Of a stretch of 29,772 bases of DNA, positions 8,935 through 16,878 are shown piece by piece (within the stretch, counting starts at the first letter, position 1; the number at the start of each line of letters is the position of its first letter). The notes under the pieces were generated by a model. The model was not told where the DNA came from. It searched no databases and saw only the letters and a program-made list of their open reading frames with translations. A program made the translations under genes and the position numbers. This stretch comes from Candidatus Rifleibacteriota bacterium (GTDB lineage: Bacteria; Muiribacteriota; Ozemobacteria; Ozemobacterales; Ozemobacteraceae), in assembly GCA_051747585.1 (NCBI GenBank), contig JBNJGH010000039.1:1-29772 (forward strand), read 5' to 3'.

Positions 8935-9191
8935 TTGAAACTGTACCTCCGGAAAAATTCTTAAAAAGTTAAGTTGGTCTGGCAATATTAGCCTACTTTT
9001 GCTTGGAGGTCAAGTTTAATGTTATGGCGTGATTGCCTGTGTAATGGGCTGTTAGCCGTACTTTGCTTTTTGAAACTGCTTGGGAAGGCAGGTTCGCTAT
9101 AAAAAAGTCTTGTAGTTGCTGATTTGAAAAGGCCTGGGGTATGTCAGGAGAAGTCGGCAAAAACGGCTCTGAGCGCATCTTTTCAGATGTA

Positions 9192-9220
9192 TTGAAAAAT
9201 ATCATTAGATATTGTAATAT
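9192..9220 (+). promoter_or_regulatory. Sigma70-type promoter with a palindrome in the spacer
   Basis: TTGAAA (9192-9197), 17-bp spacer, TAATAT (9215-9220); the spacer holds AATATC-ATTA-GATATT. Confidence 0.5.
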
Positions 9221-9239
9221 ATTTAATAGAAGCATAACT

Positions 9240-9947
9240 ATGAAAAATAAAAATGAAAATCTTTTAACTTTGGAGGAAATTGGAGAAATTCTTAGAGTTT
9301 CACGGCATACTGTTCAAGCATGGATTTCGCCAAGTTCTCCCAATCATCGACCGGAATTCGCTGCGATGGCTCGACATGCCGGTCGAAAAACAGTGTTTAT
9401 CGAAAATGAAATTTATTCATGGCTTAATCAGCGACGTGGGCCGGTTTATTCACTGGGCAGTGTCGAAAGGTCGGCATACTGGCGCGAAAGGTTTGTTTCG
9501 GCTCGTGGCATTTTTAAAGGTCTAATTAAACCAACTGAAACTGAAGTAAACTTTTTTTCCTTTCAGGGCGGGTTACTTGGTTTTGATACTGCTCCGCTTA
9601 TTTGCTGGCTTACAGACGGCAAGGGGGCTTCTGCAATCTATAACCTTGTTTTAAGAGCTGAAGGTTTGATTTTGCCTCTACCTTTGGCTTTCTGGTTGCT
9701 TCGCCGTGCAAAAAAATACAAGGGCAGGTTTAATCAGATGCAGAACTTTGTTTTTGATCAGAATATTTTTGAGATTGCTGTATTTAACGAAGAAGCTGCA
9801 ATAAGGGGAATTGAATTTTCAAGCTCAATAAACGAATTGACTTTAAAAAATTATTGTTCTGCTTCAAATGCGGGTTGCTCATCATTTTTGACTGCAGATA
9901 AAAACCTCTTGAAAATTCCCGGACTTGCATTAATATCTTTTAATTAG
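9240..9947 (+). CDS. Excisionase/AlpA-type HTH fused to a degenerate PIN (VapC-like) domain
   Basis: N-terminal LLTLEEIGEILRVSRHTVQAWI...GRKTVFIENEIYSWL (HTH_17/AlpA pattern); C-terminal LGFDTAPLICWL...ASNAGCSSFLTADKNLLKIPGL (PIN pattern). ATG 9240 preferred over 9141 because the HTH starts there and a promoter lies just upstream. Confidence 0.7.
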   Translation: MKNKNENLLTLEEIGEILRVSRHTVQAWISPSSPNHRPEFAAMARHAGRKTVFIENEIYSWLNQRRGPVYSLGSVERSAYWRERFVSARGIFKGLIKPTETEVNFFSFQGGLLGFDTAPLICWLTDGKGASAIYNLVLRAEGLILPLPLAFWLLRRAKKYKGRFNQMQNFVFDQNIFEIAVFNEEAAIRGIEFSSSINELTLKNYCSASNAGCSSFLTADKNLLKIPGLALISFN

Positions 9948-10006
9948 AATTTAATGGGCGAAATTAGAAGGATTAAGCTAAAAAAATTTTACTTTTTCAT
10001 GATTGT

Positions 10007-10030
10007 TGTTATAATCAATTAACTTATAAT
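10007..10030 (+). promoter_or_regulatory. Extended -10 promoter upstream of HEAT-PilT
   Basis: TGT-TATAAT at 10007-10015, a second TATAAT at 10025-10030, and AAGGA before ATG 10050. Confidence 0.55.
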
Positions 10031-10049
10031 TAAGGATCAGGGCTATTTT

Positions 10050-12851
10050 ATGATAGAGGAAATTCTCTTAAGTCTTCAAGATAAGCTTCGAAGTCATGAC
10101 TTCTTAGATAATGAGCAGGCTCTTGATAAATTTGGGTCTTTACTGGAAACTCAGACTTCAGAAAAGCAAAAGAAGATTATTTCCAGTATTCTTCCTCTTG
10201 CTCTGTCCAGTAAGTTTGAAAGCATTCAAAAGAAAACTGTTCAGACGGTAATTAACTATCCGACAATTTTAAAAGATATTCTGCCTTCGCTCAGATTGTC
10301 TTCTGATATGACTGTTCGTTTCTGGGCTCATTTTATTTTGATAGAGCTTGGTTTCGTGAAACAAGAAGAGCTTTTATCTATTTTAAACAGTCGTGAGAGC
10401 GATGAAATAAGAAAAATCGCGCTGGATTCTCTTGCCAGGAACCCGGATAGAAAAGTTATCATAGCTTTATTAAATAAAATATCTGATCCGAGCTGGATCG
10501 TAAGAAAAGAAGCCAAAAGGGCCTTGATAGAGCAAGGCGACAGCATTTACCAGATTATTCAGGAATATTTTCAGAGCTGCTCGAGTAAACAGAAATACGA
10601 ATGTATAAAAATAATTCCCCTTATTTTAAAAGAAAAAGCTTTTACTCTTTTTCATCGTATGCTCGAGGCTGATAAAACTGAGGCACTCAGACCCTATATT
10701 TGTGCCGGCCTTGGCGAAATTAAATCTGAAAATGCAATGAAAACCCTTATAAGTTTGCTCGATGATAATTCGATGCTGGTTAGACGCGAGGCGATAAAAG
10801 CACTGACAAACTGGGGTCGAGATGTAGTTCAGCCTGTTCTTGCTATCTTTCCGACTGCCAGGCAGGAGACCCGTATCAGTATTATGACACTTTTAGGCAG
10901 AGTTCTGGGCATGGATTTACTTGAACTTTTTAAAGATAAATTCAGCCCACCGACTCAAGAATCAAAATTTTATTTATTGACCGCCCTTGGAGAAATAAGA
11001 GAACAGGAAGTTATTTCAGAGCTTATTCCTTACCTCAAAGACGAGTCTGTTTTTATTCAGGATTATACGGTTCGCATTATTGCTCAGTTGGGGGTTCACG
11101 CCGTAGATCCATTGCTTGCCAGTCTCGATACCGAAGATGAAGAATTAATAATCAGGGTTTTGAAAGTCATAGGTGTTATTGGCTCTAAAGAAGCTTTAAG
11201 GCCACTTCTGTTTCTGATCGATAATGCAAGAAATACTCTGGTTAGAACCTGCGCGATTGAAGCAATTTCTAAATTACAGAAATTTGAATTAATTGCCGGG
11301 CTTCTTTTGCTTAAACTCGATGATAAGGATTTATCGATTCGGCATACCATAGTCGAGAACTTATCGAAGCAACCAAGGAAAGCTTTCTTGAAAGAGCTGA
11401 TTGCAGCCACCCTGGATAAACACGCAGATATTGCCTGGTGGTCACGCGAAATACTCAAGAGAAGAGATTATGTAGGTATTCCATCTTTTCTTAATTTGTA
11501 TGATTCTTCCAACGATGTAGAAAAGGACAGGCTGATTTCTCTGGTTTCCAAACTCTCTGAAGATCAGCTCGATACGGTTCTTTCTAAAGAAAAGATTTCT
11601 TTGGAGTCATTGAAGCCTGAAAACGTCGAAACAAGAGTTCTGCGACGTAAATTTAACAAAGAAAATATTACCGATTTAAAAGAATTGCTTTATTATCTGC
11701 ATGAAGAGGGCGGTTCTGATTTACATATTTCAATTGGTTTGCCTCCTAGCATTAGAATTCATGGCGAACTTATTAGAACGACCTTTGAAACTATCACCCC
11801 CGAAAAGAGTAGATTTTTGCTGTTTTCGATTATGAATGATGCCCAAAAGCGTGAATTCAACGAGCGTATGGAGCTCGACTTTTCTTATGAAATTGCAGAT
11901 TGTGCTCGATTTCGTGTAAACGTGTTCCAGCAGAAAAATGGTATGGCCGGGGTTTTCAGAATTATTCCCAACACTATTCCATCATTTGAAGAGCTTTCGA
12001 TGGATAAAAATATTATGGAGAAAATCTGTAATCATAAATCCGGCCTGATTCTGGTAACCGGTGCCACGGGTTCGGGTAAATCTACAACTCTGGCCGCTAT
12101 GATTGATATGGTGAATCGCACCAGATACGATCACATTATTACTATCGAAGATCCGATCGAGTTTGTTCACGCCCATAAAAGAAGCGTTATAACCCAGAGA
12201 GAGCTGGGAACCAATACCCTGTCTTTCAGTAATGCCTTAAGAAGCGCTTTGCGTGAAGATCCTGATGTAATTCTGGTTGGTGAAATGCGTGATCTTGAAA
12301 CGATGAATCTTGCCATTACCGCCTCAGAAACCGGGCATCTGGTTTTTTCAACTTTGCATACTGTTAATGCTTATGAATCAATTCATCGTATTGTGGGCAG
12401 TTTTCCCGGCGATGTTCAGCAGTCGATAAGAATGCAGCTGGCCGGAACTCTTAGAGGAATCGTTTCTCAGCGACTTGTTCCAGCCTATCTTTCTGCCGGC
12501 AGGGTTCTGGCCTATGAGGTTCTGGTGGGTATTCAACCCGTTCGTCGTTGTATTAAAGAAGATAAAACAGATCAGCTTATTTCACTCATGCAGACAAACC
12601 GCCAGACCGGTATGATTACAATGGATCAATGTCTTGAAGATCTTGTAGTGACCAAACAGATCACCTATGAAGATGGATTTAAAAATGCCGAAGACAAAAA
12701 AGATTTTCAGAAACGCCTTGAAAAAAGACTGGGCAGAGACGCTACTCTTAAAGCTGCTGTGCCTGATCTCACCAATGATGAAAAAGAGCCGCCGAGAGGT
12801 GTTGGCAAGCCGGCGATAACTGACAAGCCTCAGGTAAAGGGCAGAATTTAA
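10050..12851 (+). CDS. HEAT-repeat / PilT-PilU family type IV pilus ATPase fusion
   Basis: About 540 aa of HEAT/PBS-like repeats (DPSWIVRKEA, DDNSMLVRREAIKAL), then a full PilT core: SDLHIS, RFRVNVF, Walker A GATGSGKST, TIEDPIEF, ALREDPDVILVGEMRD, ETGHLVFSTLH, GMITMDQ. Confidence 0.9.
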   Translation: MIEEILLSLQDKLRSHDFLDNEQALDKFGSLLETQTSEKQKKIISSILPLALSSKFESIQKKTVQTVINYPTILKDILPSLRLSSDMTVRFWAHFILIELGFVKQEELLSILNSRESDEIRKIALDSLARNPDRKVIIALLNKISDPSWIVRKEAKRALIEQGDSIYQIIQEYFQSCSSKQKYECIKIIPLILKEKAFTLFHRMLEADKTEALRPYICAGLGEIKSENAMKTLISLLDDNSMLVRREAIKALTNWGRDVVQPVLAIFPTARQETRISIMTLLGRVLGMDLLELFKDKFSPPTQESKFYLLTALGEIREQEVISELIPYLKDESVFIQDYTVRIIAQLGVHAVDPLLASLDTEDEELIIRVLKVIGVIGSKEALRPLLFLIDNARNTLVRTCAIEAISKLQKFELIAGLLLLKLDDKDLSIRHTIVENLSKQPRKAFLKELIAATLDKHADIAWWSREILKRRDYVGIPSFLNLYDSSNDVEKDRLISLVSKLSEDQLDTVLSKEKISLESLKPENVETRVLRRKFNKENITDLKELLYYLHEEGGSDLHISIGLPPSIRIHGELIRTTFETITPEKSRFLLFSIMNDAQKREFNERMELDFSYEIADCARFRVNVFQQKNGMAGVFRIIPNTIPSFEELSMDKNIMEKICNHKSGLILVTGATGSGKSTTLAAMIDMVNRTRYDHIITIEDPIEFVHAHKRSVITQRELGTNTLSFSNALRSALREDPDVILVGEMRDLETMNLAITASETGHLVFSTLHTVNAYESIHRIVGSFPGDVQQSIRMQLAGTLRGIVSQRLVPAYLSAGRVLAYEVLVGIQPVRRCIKEDKTDQLISLMQTNRQTGMITMDQCLEDLVVTKQITYEDGFKNAEDKKDFQKRLEKRLGRDATLKAAVPDLTNDEKEPPRGVGKPAITDKPQVKGRI

Positions 12852-12872
12852 AAAAAATCAATTAAAAAATTC

Positions 12873-15800
12873 TTATTGGTTCCACTCTACCTTGTAGGCC
12901 TGTATAGGTTTTTTGATTCCTTTGAGGTTATGAACCCCATATTCTTCGAGTTCAAAGATATCTTTGGTGATTCTTTCAAAGGTATATTCTGAAATCACAA
13001 TTTCAAATGCGTCTGCAATACCTTCAAGTCTTGAAGCAAGATTAACCGAGTCGCCAAGAACATCATTTTCGGTTCTTATTACCGAACCACTGTTTATGGC
13101 GATTCTGATGGCAAGTTTCTTCTCGTCTCCGACCTTTGCGTTGAAAATCTGGAGCTGACGCTGAATATCTATAGCGGCAAGTACCGAATTATTATGATTT
13201 TCAAAAACCACTAAAAAAGAGTCACCAATTTTTTTAAGAGCCTCGCCACCATATTTTTCAAAAACGGGCTGAAGAATTTCATCATGCTGTTTGAGCATAG
13301 ACATTACTTCCGACAGTGACGCTTTTGAGCTGAATTCGGTGTATCCCTTAACGTCAGTAAACATAACTGCAAGATCCATGGTATGAGAAGATTGAATTAT
13401 TTCATCGTATTTTTCCAGCTCTGCCATAGCAGCTTTACGTCGTTCAAGCACGTCATCCAGATGTGAATCTGACATTACAACCTTGGCTTCGCCTTTGGGC
13501 TTAAGCAGTGTTGCATTAACTTCGCCGCCGACGCTTTCGATTAAATCTATCAGAGCTTTCCGGTCGATCTCGTTTTCGAGCTCTTGAATATATTCGGTTA
13601 AGGGTTCGGTGATAATTATTCCAAGACTCAATAAAAAATCGGTAACGGCACCTTTGAGTCTAAAATCTTCATGAAAGAAATATTTTGCCAGAGTTCTAAC
13701 CGCTCGTTTAATGACTCTTGGTTCTTCGTCGGGCAATAGTGTTTCCATGATTCTGAAAGCGATTTTTCGGTCATCTATACTGTCGAGTGCAATTATGCAG
13801 CAAAGCCTGTAAGCCATACTCGGGGAGGTAAGCCCCTGAACCAGGCCTTCGGGATCTTTGTTGTATACATGACTTAAAATAGCGCCAACCGTATCTACAT
13901 CATCAATGGTAATGACCTCTGAACGATCTTTTAACAGACGGTCGAGCATTTTTAGAAATTCCGGGGTGCCATATTTGGCAGTTTCAAGCATAAGGTTCAG
14001 CATTAATTCAGGCTTGCAGTTCGTTAGGAAATTTTCAAGTGTATTAATGGTTGATTCATAAGGAAAATGGCTGAGAATTCTAATAATTGCTTTAAGGTTG
14101 TTCTTGGTTTTCTCTACGCTTAATTGTCGTGCAATAATCTTGACATCGTTTTCACTAAGATTGTCGTAACTTGCTATCGCCAGAGAAACATAATATCTGA
14201 CTCTTTCGTTTGAGTGGCTTAAGCCGAGAAAAACACTGCGGCGCAGACTGGTCTGGTTGACCTTTTCCAGAAGCCGGGCGAGCCATTTGACTACCTTGTC
14301 ATCAGGGTGAGTAAGCAGGTTCAATATTGTATTTACCACGTCTTTTGAGGTTATTTCTGGAATATCTTCAAAGACTGATTCAATTCTATACTCATCGCTG
14401 TTTTCAAGAAATTTTAAAACTGCAGGTACGGCATCTGCATGATTCATAGATAACAATGCCGAAACAATATGGGGCATCAGATCAGGATTATTGCCTTCTT
14501 CGAGAATTTTCTTGAGAATAAGCACGGCTCTCGGTCCAATTTTTAACAGAGCTTTGCGTGACCAGAACCTGATGTCGTCACTGCTTGAATTAAGGGCTTT
14601 TACAATAGCCGGAACCGATGCTTCACCGAAATTAACCAGACAATTGGCAGAAGCATTTCTAACCGGCCAGTTTACGTCACCCAATAGTTTTATTAGTATT
14701 TCGATAAGTTGATCACTTGGAGAAATTCTTTGCAGCACTCCTAAAAGAAAAAGTCTTTCCTGTTTGTTGCCTTTTTGTAAAATTCTGATTATCGGGTTCA
14801 AAGCGAGCCCACCAATAGAACCGATAATTTTGATAATTTGAAACCTGAGGTTTTCATCATCAGTTTCGAGTTTTTTAAGAAGAATGTCGATATTCAAATT
14901 TGGTTTGCTTGCCAGGCAGTCAGAGGCATAGTCAGCAATAATGCGGTCACCGGTGGCCAGACATTCTAACAGCAGGTTGGTGGCTGAATCACAATGTAAT
15001 TTTCCCAGATTTTCGATTGAGAGAAGTTTGTATTCATGATCTTTGGCAGCTAATAATTTTTGCAGTAAAGGCAGAGATTTGTCTTCAAGCATATCTACCA
15101 GAATAGATATTATTTTATGTTTTATTAGAGAGTCGCTTCTGGCAAATGCTGCTGTTAATTTGTCGAAAACTTTCGGGCCCAGTTTGGTCAATTCTTCGCC
15201 GGCAGCCTTCCGGATAGCCCAGGAAGGATCGGAAAGAGCCGAAACAATAAAGTCTATAGCATCGTCTGTGCCGAGCTCACCTAATGCAGATATTATAGCC
15301 AGTCTCATTTGAAAGTTGCCTTTGCCATAGTATTGCTTTAGCTCACCGACAATTGGGTCTTTGCCAATTTTTACAAACAGGGCAATTACTGAATGAATGG
15401 TGCGCCTTTCGGGTGATTTGATAATTTGGCGCAAATCGTCGAGTATCTGGCTGTCAAACTCGAAAAGCTGTTCAAAAACCAATTTTCTTACAGCCCAGTT
15501 TTTATCGTTAAGTAATGGATAAAGCGGGCGGGCGTTTTCGATATTTTTATGATGGGTTAAAGCCCTGACCGCATAGCTTCGAATTTCTCCTTCGCGATGG
15601 TTAAGGAAATTTCTGATAATAGAAAAAGCTTTTTCTGTGCCTATTTTTCCAAGGACGCTCAGTAGCCAGTAAAATTCATCCTGATTCTCGGCATCCAGTC
15701 TTTTTTCAATAATTTCAACAAGTTCACTGCCCCACTCGCTTAAAATACGAGCAGCTGCCTCACGCTTGTGCCAGATTTTGTCAGAAAGCACCGAGATGAT

Positions 15801-15905
15801 TGCAGCACATGCTTTTTCGGAATGTTCGATCAGCAAAGCATTGAGACCCTCGCGCCAGAGGGCTTCATCAGTGCTTTTTATCTGTTCGTATGGAGACCTG
15901 TTCAT
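12873..15905 (-). CDS. HEAT-repeat / class III adenylate cyclase fusion
   Basis: About 800 aa of HEAT repeats (DKNWAVRK, DPSWAIRKAA, DVNWPVRNAS), then a cyclase domain: VMFTDVKGYT, LKKIGDSFL, IRIAINSG, NDVLGDSVNLASRLEG, LKGI. No TM segment seen. Confidence 0.9.
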   Translation of the reverse strand: MNRSPYEQIKSTDEALWREGLNALLIEHSEKACAAIISVLSDKIWHKREAAARILSEWGSELVEIIEKRLDAENQDEFYWLLSVLGKIGTEKAFSIIRNFLNHREGEIRSYAVRALTHHKNIENARPLYPLLNDKNWAVRKLVFEQLFEFDSQILDDLRQIIKSPERRTIHSVIALFVKIGKDPIVGELKQYYGKGNFQMRLAIISALGELGTDDAIDFIVSALSDPSWAIRKAAGEELTKLGPKVFDKLTAAFARSDSLIKHKIISILVDMLEDKSLPLLQKLLAAKDHEYKLLSIENLGKLHCDSATNLLLECLATGDRIIADYASDCLASKPNLNIDILLKKLETDDENLRFQIIKIIGSIGGLALNPIIRILQKGNKQERLFLLGVLQRISPSDQLIEILIKLLGDVNWPVRNASANCLVNFGEASVPAIVKALNSSSDDIRFWSRKALLKIGPRAVLILKKILEEGNNPDLMPHIVSALLSMNHADAVPAVLKFLENSDEYRIESVFEDIPEITSKDVVNTILNLLTHPDDKVVKWLARLLEKVNQTSLRRSVFLGLSHSNERVRYYVSLAIASYDNLSENDVKIIARQLSVEKTKNNLKAIIRILSHFPYESTINTLENFLTNCKPELMLNLMLETAKYGTPEFLKMLDRLLKDRSEVITIDDVDTVGAILSHVYNKDPEGLVQGLTSPSMAYRLCCIIALDSIDDRKIAFRIMETLLPDEEPRVIKRAVRTLAKYFFHEDFRLKGAVTDFLLSLGIIITEPLTEYIQELENEIDRKALIDLIESVGGEVNATLLKPKGEAKVVMSDSHLDDVLERRKAAMAELEKYDEIIQSSHTMDLAVMFTDVKGYTEFSSKASLSEVMSMLKQHDEILQPVFEKYGGEALKKIGDSFLVVFENHNNSVLAAIDIQRQLQIFNAKVGDEKKLAIRIAINSGSVIRTENDVLGDSVNLASRLEGIADAFEIVISEYTFERITKDIFELEEYGVHNLKGIKKPIQAYKVEWNQ

Positions 15906-15936
15906 TAATTATCTTAAAACCTCTGCTTGGTTATTC

Positions 15937-15966
15937 TTGATAATTATCGACAGACTACCATATAAT
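15937..15966 (+). promoter_or_regulatory. Sigma70-type promoter for the FmdB-like gene
   Basis: TTGATA (15937-15942), 18-bp spacer, TATAAT (15961-15966); AGGAGA RBS at 15988-15993. Confidence 0.6.
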
Positions 15967-15999
15967 CTACAGCAATGGAATAATATTAGGAGATAAGTC

Positions 16000-16380
16000 A
16001 TGCCACTTTATGAATATGCCTGTGCTGATTGTAAAAGGAAGTTTACCGTTTTAACAAGCATTGATAAGCGTGATGAGCCTAAAGAATGTGCTAATTGCGG
16101 CAACAAAAATTCTCGCCGCCTTGTTTCAAAATTTAAAACTGTTAGAAGTGAAGAGCAGATTATGGAGAGTCTGGCCGATCCTTCTAAACTGGCTGGAATC
16201 GATGAGAATGATCCGTCTTCAATGGCCTCCTGGGCAAAAAAAATGGCCAGAGAAATGGGCGAAAATATGGATGATGAAATCGATGCAATGGCAGAAGACG
16301 AATTGTCAGGCAATGGTGATACCTCTGAAGATTCTGATTCGGGTTTTCAGGCTCCGCCTGAAGTTGATGACCAGTTGTAA
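16000..16380 (+). CDS. FmdB-family zinc-ribbon protein with acidic tail
   Basis: MPLYEYACADC...KECANCG...RRLVSKF signature; Asp/Glu-rich C-terminus. Confidence 0.85.
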   Translation: MPLYEYACADCKRKFTVLTSIDKRDEPKECANCGNKNSRRLVSKFKTVRSEEQIMESLADPSKLAGIDENDPSSMASWAKKMAREMGENMDDEIDAMAEDELSGNGDTSEDSDSGFQAPPEVDDQL

Positions 16381-16865
16381 ATTTGTCTTAGTGCTTCATA
16401 AGCTGTTGCTGCCGCCGACGATGATAAATTGATGCATCGTGCTTCGGGCAGCATTGGCAAACCTATAAGCCTGTTTTCGTCTTCGGCCTTTTTATAAATT
16501 TCAGCTGGAAGCCCTCTTGACTCTGAGCCAAAAACAAGGACATCCCCGGGTTTGAACTCAGCTTGCGCGTAGCTTTTTGAAGCATGGGACGACAAATACC
16601 AGGTATTTTTATTTTCGGCCCAGGCAATAAAATCTTCGGCGTCATCAAGAATAAGAGGTTTGATGTTATCCCAGTAGTCCATGCCGGCTCTTTGTAAAGC
16701 CGTGCTGGTAAGTCTGAAACCAAGAGGTCTAACCAGAACAAGTGCCGAGCCGGTGGCATAACATAGTCGCGCTATGTTCCCGGTATTTTGTGGAATATCT
16801 GGTTGAATTAAAGCCAGAGTAAGATTGGCAGTGTTGTTTTTTATCTGGCATTTCTGGTCTGACAT
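16347..16865 (-). CDS. trmL: tRNA (cytidine/uridine(34)-2'-O)-methyltransferase, SPOUT family
   Basis: QPDIPQNTGNIARLC, RPLGF, RAGMDYW, FGSESRGLP, INLS...YEALRQ. Confidence 0.92.
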   Translation of the reverse strand: MSDQKCQIKNNTANLTLALIQPDIPQNTGNIARLCYATGSALVLVRPLGFRLTSTALQRAGMDYWDNIKPLILDDAEDFIAWAENKNTWYLSSHASKSYAQAEFKPGDVLVFGSESRGLPAEIYKKAEDENRLIGLPMLPEARCINLSSSAAATAYEALRQIYNWSSTSGGA

Positions 16866-16878
16866 TATTTGCTCCTTT

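Noticed and set aside
8993..9239. ORF 8993..9235 (-) and the 9141 start of the HTH-PIN ORF
   Set aside because: Both lie in the divergent promoter/leader region and show no protein-like features.
9240..9947. Prophage or integrative element suggested by the excisionase-like HTH
   Set aside because: No integrase, att-like repeats, tRNA target or phage genes are present in the window.
12873..15905. Cyclase as an anti-phage (Pycsar/CBASS-like) signalling enzyme
   Set aside because: It has canonical ATP-specifying Lys/Asp residues, and no adjacent cyclic-nucleotide-binding TIR or TM effector gene is visible.
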